Origin: Eledone cirrhosa
Taxonomy: Eukaryota
Assembly: GCA_964016885.1 (NCBI GenBank)
Contig: OZ024743.1
Location: forward strand, 315,952,001-316,016,000
Reading direction: 5' to 3'
DNA length: 64,000 bases
The notes beneath the pieces were generated by a model. The model did not search any database, had not been told where the DNA came from, and saw nothing but the letters and a program-made list of their open reading frames with translations. Every line of letters starts with the position of its first letter. The stretch's first letter is position 1. Shown here piece by piece: positions 52,821-64,000 of this stretch. The position numbers were made by a program, and so were the translations under genes.

Positions 52821-54324
52821 TATTACGATTTGTTTTTTTTTGTTTTTTTCTATTAGGCTTTTAAACCTTTACCTTTTTAACTCAGTGAAGTATTTCAAGA
52901 TAAAAATAATTTTGTTTTGATTTTTTTGAACATATAAGAATTTTTCTTGTTAAAGTTTTCTTTTTAAATTTCATTATATAAATCGTCGAAGTATTGGCAC
53001 GAAGGGTATTCTTGTTTCGTGAACCTTGAAATAGCATATGGCTGCGTTCCACGGCCCCTGATGTTGCAGGTTCAGCAGGAGTTGGCGTTTATGTTCAGTT
53101 TCTTAATACCCTGAAGTCTTTAAACGAAAGTCCTAGTGTTTGTGTTCGGATTAATGTTGTTAGTTAAAAACCATTCAATGTAGGTGTCTGACTCAGTTAA
53201 AGTGTGTACTTTCACCTCTCCAGTTCAATATGTTCGTGGACAGCATTGACTTTTATGACCGGGCTGGAAATGGTGACCGGATCAATTGGCTAAATTCGTC
53301 AGGCGGTGAACTCCGACATGCTCTTGATAGGTTTGCTGCCGAGTGTTGCACGGCAGGAATGAAAATAAGTACTGCGAAGACTCAGATACTCCTCTTCTCA
53401 ATGATATCTGCTCTGTGCACTCTATATGTGCATGAATTTTCACTGAAGCAGAAGGTTGGATTATATGCACGTATTGTTAGAGCTGGTGCAATAATGCGCC
53501 AGCTTCAGCATTCGGTCTGAAGAAGGGAGGTAGGTGTAAAATCCGAACTCGCTATCTTCAATTCGGTATTCCTACCAGCTCTTACCTATGGCCATGAATC
53601 TTTGGTAATGACCAAAATAATATAAAAATGTGCCTCAAACTAACAGATGTTCCTCGAGTCTAATGATCCACACCTAGCAAGCGCCGGCAAACCCGGATCA
53701 TTTGGCATTTATTAAATTCCACGCATTGACCTGTACTTTGACTAAGACCCACCCTACACTCACACTCCCCTGAGAACCCAAATGCAGAGATCACCAGTAC
53801 ACACCCCACTCTCCCACTCCTTACGTAGTGTATCCACCTACTACCTACAATGTACCATCAACCAACCACTACACACCTGTGAGTTTCCTTTTACATACTA
53901 TACTTCCCATGTGTATAGGTGTAGATAGTCTTACCATCTTCTCTTCCCTAATTCTTGTATGGGTGTATGGATGTAGCATCTACATATGTGTGTGTGCATG
54001 TGTGAGTGACATTCGCGTTATTAACACGACGCTCTAACCAACTGAGCTAACCGGCCAGTTGGATCTGTTGCTGTCAGAATAAACTATTAATACAATAATT
54101 ATTTGTACTTTTGGCACAAGGCCAGCAATTATCCTAGTCCTAAGAATAGAGTTACGTCCCTTTAGAGTCTGAGTTTAAATCCCACCGAGGTCAACTTTGC
54201 CTTTCACCCTTACGGCGACGATAAAATAAAGTACCAGTAATGCACTGAATTAATTGATGGCCTTGTTCCAAAAGTAGAAATAATTATTGTATTAATAGTT
54301 TATTTGACAGCCCCAGATACGTCT

Positions 54325-54398
54325 GGCCGGTTAGCTCAGTTGGTTAGAGCGTCGTGCTAATAACGCGAATGTCGTGGGTTCGAGCCCCATATTGGCCA
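54325..54398 (+). tRNA. tRNA-Ile-AAT: tRNA-Ile(AAT), array copy 12
   Basis: Array consensus. Confidence 0.88.
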
Positions 54399-55904
54399 TA
54401 TTACGATTTTTTTTTTTTTTTGTTTTTTTCTATTAGGCTTTTAAACCTTTACCTTTTTAACTCAGTGAAGTATTTCAAGATAAAAATAATTTTGTTTTGA
54501 TTTTTTTGAACATATAAGAATTTTTCTTGTTAAAGTTTTCTTTTTAAATTTCATTATATAAATCATCGAAGTATTGGCACGAAGGGTATTCTTGTTTCGT
54601 GAACCTTGAAATAGCATATGGCTGCGTTCCACGGCCCCTGATGTTGCAGGTTCAGCAGGAGTTGGCGTTTATGTTCAGTTTCTTAATACCCTGAAGTCTT
54701 TAAACGAAAGTCCTAGTGTTTGTGTTCGGATTAATGTTGTTAGTTAAAAACCATTCAATGTAGGTGTCTGACTCAGTTAAAAGTGTGTACTCTCACCTCT
54801 CCAGTTCAATGTCTTCGTGGACAGCATTGACAATTATGGCCGGGCTGGAAATGGTGACCGGATCAATTGGCTAAATTCGTCAGGCGGTGATCTCTGACAT
54901 GCTCTTGATAGGTTTGCTGCCCAGTGTTGCACGGCAGGAATGAAAATCAGTACTGCGAAGACTCAGATACTCCTCTTCGCAATGATATCTGCTCTGTGCA
55001 CTCTATATGTGCATGAATTTTCACTAAAGCAGAAGGTTGGATTATATGCACGTATTGTTAGAGCTGGTGCAATAATGCGCCAGCTTCAGCATTCGGTCTG
55101 AAGAAGGGAGGTAGGTGTAAAATCCGAACTCGCTATCTTCAATTCGGTATTCCTACCAGCTCTTACCTATGGCCATGAATCTTTGGTAATGACCAAAATA
55201 ATATAAAAATGTGCCTCAAACTAACAGATGTTCCTCGAGTCTAATGATCCACACCTAGCAAGCGCCGGCAAACCCGGATCATTTGGCACTTATTAAACCC
55301 ACGCATTGACCTGTGCTCTAACTAAGCCCCACCCTACACTCACACTCCCCTGGGAACCCAAATGCAGAGATCCCGAGTTCACACCCCACTCTCCCACTTC
55401 TTCCTTAGTGTATCCACCTACTACCTACAATGTACCATCAACCAACCACTACACACCTGTGAGTTTCCTTTTACATTCTATACTTCCCATGTGTATAGGT
55501 GTAGATAGTCTTACGATCTTCTCTTCCCTAATTCTTGTATGGGTGTATGGATGTAGCATCTACATATGTGTGTGTGCATGTGTGAGTGACATTCGCGTTA
55601 TTAACACGACGCTCTAACCAACTGAGCTAACCGGGCAGTTGGATCTGTTGCTGTCAGAATAAACTATTAATACAATAATTATTTGTACTTTTGGCACAAG
55701 GCCAGCAATTATCCTAGTCCTAAGAATAGAGTTACGTCCCTTTAGAGTCTGAGTTTAAATCCCGCCGAGGTCAACTTTGCCTTTCACCCTTACGGCGACG
55801 ATAAAATAAAGTACCAGTAATGCACTGGATTAATTGATGGCCTTGTTCCAAAAGTAGAAATAATTATTGTATTAATAGTTTATTTGACAGCCCCAGATAC
55901 GTCT

Positions 55905-55978
55905 TGCCGGTTAGCTCAGTTGGTTAGAGCGTCGTGCTAATAACGCGAATGTCGTGGGTTCGAGCCCCATATTGGCCA
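55905..55978 (+). tRNA. tRNA-Ile-AAT: tRNA-Ile(AAT), array copy 13 (G1>T)
   Basis: First acceptor pair lost. Confidence 0.7.
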
Positions 55979-57482
55979 TATTACGATTTGTTTTTTTTTG
56001 TTTTTTTCTATTAGGCTTTTAAACCTTTACCTTTTTAACTCAGTGAAGTATTTCAAGATAAAAATAATTTTGTTTTGATTTTTTTGAACATATAAGAATT
56101 TTTCTTGTTAAAGTTTTCTTTTTAAATTTCATTATATAAATCGTCGAAGTATTGGCACGAAGGGTATTCTTGTTTCGTGAACCTTGAAATAGCATATGGC
56201 TGCGTTCCACGGCCCCTGATGTTGCAGGTTCAGCAGGAGTTGGCGTTTATGTTCAGTTTCTTAATACCCTGAAGTCTTTAAACGAAAGTCCTAGTGTTTG
56301 TGTTCGGATTAATGTTGTTAGTTAAAAACCATTCAATGTAGGTGTCTGACTCAGTTAAAGTGTGTACTTTCACCTCTCCAGTTCAATATGTTCGTGGACA
56401 GCATTGACTTTTATGACCGGGCTGGAAATGGTGACCGGATCAATTGGCTAAATTCGTCAGGCGGTGAACTCCGACATGCTCTTGATAGGTTTGCTGCCGA
56501 GTGTTGCACGGCAGGAATGAAAATAAGTACTGCGAAGACTCAGATACTCCTCTTCTCAATGATATCTGCTCTGTGCACTCTATATGTGCATGAATTTTCA
56601 CTGAAGCAGAAGGTTGGATTATATGCACGTATTGTTAGAGCTGGTGCAATAATGCGCCAGCTTCAGCATTCGGTCTGAAGAAGGGAGGTAGGTGTAAAAT
56701 CCGAACTCGCTATCTTCAATTCGGTATTCCTACCAGCTCTTACCTATGGCCATGAATCTTTGGTAATGACCAAAATAATATAAAAATGTGCCTCAAACTA
56801 ACAGATGTTCCTCGAGTCTAATGATCCACACCTAGCAAGCGCCGGCAAACCCGGATCATTTGGCATTTATTAAATTCCACGCATTGACCTGTACTTTGAC
56901 TAAGACCCACCCTACACTCACACTCCCCTGAGAACCCAAATGCAGAGATCACCAGTACACACCCCACTCTCCCACTCCTTACGTAGTGTATCCACCTACT
57001 ACCTACAATGTACCATCAACCAACCACTACACACCTGTGAGTTTCCTTTTACATACTATACTTCCCATGTGTATAGGTGTAGATAGTCTTACGATCTTCT
57101 CTTCCCTAATTCTTGTATGGGTGTATGGATGTAGCATCTACATATGTGTGTGTGCATGTGTGAGTGACATTCGCGTTATTAACACGACGCTCTAACCAAC
57201 TGAGCTAACCGGGCAGTTGGATCTGTTGCTGTCAGAATAAACTATTAATACAATAATTATTTGTACTTTTGGCACAAGGCCAGCAATTATCCTAGTCCTA
57301 AGAATAGAGTTACGTCCCTTTAGAGTCTGAGTTTAAATCCCGCCGAGGTCAACTTTGCCTTTCACCCTTACGGCGACGATAAAATAAAGTACCAGTAATG
57401 CACTGAATTAATTGATGGCCTTGTTCCAAAAGTAGAAATAATTATTGTATTAATAGTTTATTTGACAGCCCCAGATACGTCT

Positions 57483-57556
57483 CGCCGGTTAGCTCAGTTG
57501 GTTAGAGCGTCGTGCTAATAACTCGAATGTCGTGGGTTCGAGCCCCATATTGGCCA
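57483..57556 (+). tRNA. tRNA-Ile-AAT: tRNA-Ile(AAT), array copy 14 (G1>C, anticodon-stem mismatch)
   Basis: cgccggtt...ctaataactcga; likely impaired. Confidence 0.6.
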
Positions 57557-59063
57557 TATTACGATTTGTTTTTTTTTTTCGTTTTTTTCTATTAGGCTTT
57601 TAAACCTTTACCTTTTTAACTCAGTGAAGTATTTCAAGATAAAAATAATTTTGTTTTGATTTTTTTGAACATATAAGAATTTTTCTTGTTAAAGTTTTCT
57701 TTTTAAATTTCATTATATAAATCGTCGAAGTATTGGCACGAAGGGTATTCTTGTTTCGTGAACCTTGAAATAGCATATGGCTGCGTTCCACGGCCCCTGA
57801 TGTTGCAGGTTCAGCAGGAGTTGGCGTTTATGTTCAGTTTCTTAATACCCTGAAGTCTTTAAACGAAAGTCCTAGTGTTTGTGTTCGGATTAATGTTGTT
57901 AGTTAAAAACCATTCAATGTAGGTGTCTGACTCAGTTAAAGTGTGTACTTTCACCTCTCCAGTTCAATATGTTCGTGGACAGCATTGACTTTTATGACCG
58001 GGCTGGAAATGGTGACCGGATCAATTGGCTAAATTCGTCAGGCGGTGAACTCCGACATGCTCTTGATAGGTTTGCTGCCGAGTGTTGCACGGCAGGAATG
58101 AAAATAAGTACTGCGAAGACTCAGATACTCCTCTTCTCAATGATATCTGCTCTGTGCACTCTATATGTGCATGAATTTTCACTGAAGCAGAAGGTTGGAT
58201 TATATGCACGTATTGTTAGAGCTGGTGCAATAATGCGCCAGCTTCAGCATTCGGTCTGAAGAAGGGAGGTAGGTGTAAAATCCGAACTCGCTATCTTCAA
58301 TTCGGTATTCCTACCAGCTCTTACCTATGGCCATGAATCTTTGGTAATGACCAAAATAATATAAAAATGTGCCTCAAACTAACAGATGTTCCTCGAGTCT
58401 AATGATCCACACCTAGCAAGCGCCGGCAAACCCGGATCATTTGGCATTTATTAAATTCCACGCATTGACCTGTACTTTGACTAAGACCCACCCTACACTC
58501 ACACTCCCCTGAGAACCCAAATGCAGAGATCACGAGTACACACCCCACTCTCCCACTCCTTACGTAGTGTATCCACCTACTACCTACAATGTACCATCAA
58601 CCAACCACTACACACCTGTGAGTTTCCTTTTACATACTATACTTCCCATGTGTATAGGTGTAGATAGTCTTACGATCTTCTCTTCCCTAATTCTTGTATG
58701 GGTGTATGGATGTAGCATCTACATATGTGTGTGTGCATGTGTGAGTGACATTCGCGTTATTAACACGACGCTCTAACCAACTGAGCTAACCGGGCAGTTG
58801 GATCTGTTGCTGTCAGAATAAACTATTAATACAATAATTATTTGTACTTTTGGCACAAGGCCAGCAATTATCCTAGTCCTAAGAATAGAGTTACGTCCCT
58901 TTAGAGTCTGAGTTTAAATCCCGGCGAGGTCAACTTTGCCTTTCACCCTTACGGCGACGATAAAATAAAGTACCAGTAATGCACTGGATTTATTGATGGC
59001 CTTGTTCCAAAAGTAGAAATAATTATTGTATTAATAGTTTATTTGACAGCCCCAGATACGTCT

Positions 59064-59137
59064 GGCCGGTTAGCTCAGTTGGTTAGAGCGTCTTGCTAAT
59101 AACGCGAATGTCGTGGGTTCGAACCCCATATTGGCCA
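59064..59137 (+). tRNA. tRNA-Ile-AAT: tRNA-Ile(AAT), array copy 15
   Basis: tcttg / ttcgaac haplotype. Confidence 0.75.
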
Positions 59138-60627
59138 TATTACGGTTTGTTTTTTTTTTGTTTTTTTCTATTTGGCTTTTTAACTCAGTCAAGTATTTCT
59201 AGATAAAAATAATTTTGTTTTGATTTTTTTGAAAATATAAGAATTTTTCTTGTTAAAGTTTTCTTTTTAAATTTCATTATATAAATCATCGAAGTATTGG
59301 CACGAAGGGTATTCTTGTTTCGTGAACCTTGAAATAGCATATGGCTGCGTTCCACGGCCCCTGATGTTGCAGGTTCAGCAGGAGTTGGCGTTTATGTTCA
59401 GTTTCTTAATACCCTGAAGTCTTTAAACGAAAGTCCTAGTGTTTGTGTTCGGATTAATGTTGTTAGTTAAAAACCATTCAATGTAGGTGTCTGACTCAGT
59501 TAAAAGTGTGTACTCTCACCTCTCCAGTTCAATGTCTTCGTGGACAGCATTGACAATTATGGCCGGGCTGGAAATGGTGACCGGATCAATTGGCTAAATT
59601 CGTCAGGCGGTGATCTCTGACATGCTCTTGATAGGTTTGCTGCCCAGTGTTGCACGGCAGGAATGAAAATCAGTACTGCGAAGACTCAGATACTCCTCTT
59701 CTCAATGATATCTGCTCTGTGCACTCTATATGTGCATGAATTTTCACTAAAGCAGAAGGTTGGATTATATGCACGTATTGTTAGAGCTGGTGCAATAATG
59801 CGCCAGCTTCAGCATTCGGTCTGAAGAAGGGAGGTAGGTGTAAAATCCGAACTCGCTATCTTCAATTCGGTATTCCTACCAGCTCTTACCTATGGCCATG
59901 AATCTTTGGTAATGACCAAAATAATATAAAAATGTGCCTCAAACTAACAGATGTTCCTCGAGTCTAATGATCCACACCTAGCAAGCGCCGGCAAACCCGG
60001 ATCATTTGGCACTTATTAAACCCACGCATTGACCTGTGCTCTAACTAATCCCCACCCTACACTCACACTCCCCTGGGAACCCAAATGCAGAGATCCCGAG
60101 TTCACACCCCACTCTCCCACTTCTTCCTTAGTGTATCCACCTACTACCTACAATGTACCATCAACCAACCACTACACACCTGTGAGTTTCCTTTTACATT
60201 CTATACTTCCCATGTGTATAGGTGTAGATAGTCTTACGATCTTCTCTTCCCTAATTCTTGTATGGGTGTATGGATGTAGCATCTACATATGTGTGTGTGC
60301 ATGTGTGAGTGACATTCGCGTTATTAACACGACGCTCTAACCAACTGAGCTAACCGGCCAGTTGGATCTGTTGCTGTCAGAATAAACTATTAATACAATA
60401 ATTATTTCTACTTTTGGCACAAGGCCAGCAATTATCCTAGTCCTAAGAATAGAGTTACGTCCCTTTAGAGTCTGAGTTTAAATCCCGCCGAGGTCAACTT
60501 TGCCTTTCACCCTTACGGCGACGATAAAATAAAGTACCAGTAATGCACTGGATTAATTGATGGCCTTGTTCCAAAAGTAGAAATAATTATTGTATTAATA
60601 GTTTATTTGACAGCCCCAGATACGTCT

Positions 60628-60701
60628 GGCCGGTTAGCTCAGTTGGTTAGAGCGTCGTGCTAATAACGCGAATGTCGTGGGTTCGAGCCCCATATTGGCC
60701 A
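60628..60701 (+). tRNA. tRNA-Ile-AAT: tRNA-Ile(AAT), array copy 16
   Basis: Array consensus. Confidence 0.88.
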
Positions 60702-62205
60702 TATTACGATTTGTTTTTTTTTGTTTTTTTCTATTAGGCTTTTAAACCTTTACCTTTTTAACTCAGTGAAGTATTTCAAGATAAAAATAATTTTGTTTTG
60801 ATTTTTTTGAACATATAAGAATTTTTCTTGTTAAAGTTTTCTTTTTAAATTTCATTATATAAATCGTCGAAGTATTGGCACGAAGGGTATTCTTGTTTCG
60901 TGAACCTTGAAATAGCATATGGCTGCGTTCCACGGCCCCTGATGTTGCAGGTTCAGCAGGAGTTGGCGTTTATGTTCAGTTTCTTAATACCCTGAAGTCT
61001 TTAAACGAAAGTCCTAGTGTTTGTGTTCGGATTAATGTTGTTAGTTAAAAACCATTCAATGTAGGTGTCTGACTCAGTTAAAGTGTGTACTTTCACCTCT
61101 CCAGTTCAATATGTTCGTGGACAGCATTGACATTTATGACCGGGCTGGAAATGGTGACCGGATCAATTGGCTAAATTCGTCAGGCGGTGAACTCCGACAT
61201 GCTCTTGATAGGTTTGCTGCCGAGTGTTGCACGGCAGGAATGAAAATAAGTACTGCGAAGACTCAGATACTCCTCTTCTCAATGATATCTGCTCCGTGCA
61301 CTCTATATGTGCATGAATTTTCACTGAAGCAGAAGGTTGGATTATATGCACGTATTGTTAGAGCTGGTGCAATAATGCGCCAGCTTCAGCATTCGGTCTG
61401 AAGAAGGGAGGTAGGTGTAAAATCCGAACTCGCTATCTTCAATTCGGTATTCCTACCAGCTCTTACCTATGGCCATGAATCTTTGGTAATGACCAAAATA
61501 ATATAAAAATGTGCCTCAAACTAACAGATGTTCCTCGAGTCTAATGATCCACACCTAGCAAGCGCCGGCAAACCCGGATCATTTGGCATTTATTAAATTC
61601 CACGCATTGACCTGTACTTTGACTAAGACCCACCCTACACTCACACTCCCCTGAGAACCCAAATGCAGAGATCACCAGTACACACCCCACTCTCCCACTC
61701 CTTACGTAGTGTATCCACCTACTACCTACAATGTACCATCAACCAACCACTACACACCTGTGAGTTTCCTTTTACATACTATACTTCCCATGTGTATAGG
61801 TGTAGATAGTCTTACCATCTTCTCTTCCCTAATTCTTGTATGGGTGTATGGATGTAGCATCTACATATGTGTGTGTGCATGTGTGAGTGACATTCGCGTT
61901 ATTAACACGACGCTCTAACCAACTGAGCTAACCGGGCAGTTGGATCTGTTGCTGTCAGAATAAACTATTAATACAATAATTATTTGTACTTTTGGCACAA
62001 GGCCAGCAATTATCCTAGTCCTAAGAATAGAGTTACGTCCCTTTAGAGTCTGAGTTTAAATCCCGCCGAGGTCAACTTTGCCTTTCACCCTTACGGCGAC
62101 GATAAAATAAAGTACCAGTAATGCACTGAATTAATTGATGGCCTTGTTCCAAAAGTAGAAATAATTATTGTATTAATAGTTTATATGACAGCCCCAGATA
62201 CGTCT

Positions 62206-62279
62206 GACCGGTTAGCTCAGTTGGTTAGAGCGTCGTGCTAATAACGCGAATGTCGTGGGTTCGAGCCCCATATTGGCCA
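62206..62279 (+). tRNA. tRNA-Ile-AAT: tRNA-Ile(AAT), array copy 17 (G2>A)
   Basis: Acceptor mismatch. Confidence 0.7.
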
Positions 62280-63784
62280 TATTACGATTTGTTTTTTTTT
62301 TTGTTTTTTTCTATTAGGCTTTTAAACCTTTACCTTTTTAACTCAGTGAAGTATTTCAAGATAAAAATAATTTTGTTTTGATTTTTTTGAACATATAAGA
62401 ATTTTTCTTGTTAAAATTTTCTTTTTAAATTTCATTATATAAATCGTCGAAGTATTGGCACGAAGGGTATTCTTGTTTCGTGAACCTTGAAATAGCATAT
62501 GGCTGCGTTCCACGGCCCCTGATGTTGCAGGTTCAGCAGGAGTTGGCGTTTATGTTCAGTTTCTTAATACCCTGAAGTCTTTAAACGAAAGTCCTAGTGT
62601 TTGTGTTCGGATTAATGTTGTTAGTTAAAAACCATTCAATGTAGGTGTCTGACTCAGTTAAATGTGTACTTTCACCTCTCCAGTTCAATGTCTTCGTGGA
62701 CAGCATTGACATTTATGACCGGGCTGGAAATGGTGACCGGATCAATTGGCTAAATTCGTCAGGCGGTGAACTCCGACATGCTCTTGATAGGTTTGCTGCC
62801 GAGTGTTGCACGGCAGGAATGAAAATAAGTACTGCGAAGACTCAGATACTCCTCTTCTCAATGATATCTGCTCTGTGCACTCTATATGTGCATGAATTTT
62901 CACTGAAGCAGAAGGTTGGATTATATGCACGTATTGTTAGAGCTGGTGCAATGATGCGCCAGCTTCAGCATTCGGTCTGAAGAAGGGACGTAGGTGTAAA
63001 ATCCGAACTCGCTATCTTCAATTCGGTATTCCTACCAGCTCTTACCTATGGCCATGAATCTTTGGTAATGACCAAAATAATATAAAAATGTGCCTCAAAC
63101 TAACAGATGTTCCTCGAGTCTAATGATCCACACCTAGCAAGCGCCGGCAAACCCGGATCATTTGGCATTTATTAAATTCCACGCATTGACCTGTACTTTG
63201 ACTAAGACCCACCCTACACTCACACTCCCCTGAGAACCCAAATGCAGAGATCACCAGTACACACCCCACTCTCCCACTCCTTACGTAGTGTATCCACCTA
63301 CTACCTACAATGTACCATCAACCAACCACTACACACCTGTGAGTTTCCTTTTACATTCTATACTTCCCATGTGTATAGGTGTAGATAGTCTTACGATCTT
63401 CTCTTCCCTAATTCTTGTATGGGTGTATGGATGTAGCATCTACATATGTGTGTGTGCATGTGTGAGTGACATTCGCGTTATTAACACGACGCTCTAACCA
63501 ACTGAGCTAACCGGGCAGTTGGATCTGTTGCTGTCAGAATAAACTATTAATACAATAATTATTTGTACTTTTGGCACAAGGCCAGCAATTATCCTAGTCC
63601 TAAGAATAGAGTTACGTCCCTTTAGAGTCTGAGTTTAAATCCCGGCGAGGTCAACTTTGCCTTTCACCCTTACGGCGACGATAAAATAAAGTACCAGTAA
63701 TGCACTGGATTTATTGATGGCCTTGTTCCAAAAGTAGAAATAATTATTGTATTAATAGTTTATTTGACAGCCCCAGATACGTCT

Positions 63785-63858
63785 GGCCGGTTAGCTCAGT
63801 TGGTTAGAGCGTCTTGCTAATAACGCGAATGTCGTGGGTTCGAACCCCATATTGGCCA
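63785..63858 (+). tRNA. tRNA-Ile-AAT: tRNA-Ile(AAT), array copy 18
   Basis: tcttg / ttcgaac haplotype. Confidence 0.75.
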
Positions 63859-64000
63859 TATTACGGTTTGTTTTTTTTTTGTTTTTTTCTATTTGGCTTT
63901 TTAACTCAGTCAAGTATTTCTAGATAAAAATAATTTTGTTTTGATTTTTTTGAAAATATAAGAATTTTTCTTGTTAAAGTTTTCTTTTTAAATTTCATTA

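Larger units (their letters stand above)
36273..64000. repeat. Tandem array of ~1579-bp tRNA-Ile units (17 complete plus 1 partial; continues past the window end)
   Basis: tRNA-to-tRNA spacings 1643, 1580, 1583, 1576, 1579, 1579, 1580, 1579, 1578, 1564, 1578, 1580, 1578, 1581, 1564, 1578, 1579. Confidence 0.98.

Overview
AT-rich, microsatellite-rich eukaryotic (animal) DNA. The SINE fragments resemble those I associate with octopus genomes, so the host is inferred rather than established. No intact host protein-coding gene is supported. The whole window is a single-isoacceptor tRNA-Ile(AAT) cluster in two evolutionary states. (1) From 1 to 36 kb there are about 21 scattered, mostly decayed tRNA-Ile copies in both orientations, embedded in old direct and inverted segmental duplications. 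They are interleaved with four distinct Penelope-like retroelement (PLE) remnants, a degenerate CRE-type non-LTR retrotransposon, SINEs, MITEs, a ~50-bp minisatellite and several type I hammerhead-ribozyme (HHR) motifs. An 8.4-kb inverted duplication (12006-20422) is centred on one PLE. (2) From ~36.3 kb to the window end there is a young, homogeneous tandem array of ~1579-bp units with 18 full-length tRNA-Ile(AAT) genes. Each unit reads: PLE 3' tail, inverted 49-nt 5' tRNA fragment, SINE-cored fold-back, full tRNA plus oligo-T terminator, dead RTE reverse-transcriptase fragment. The array shows signs of higher-order repeat structure.
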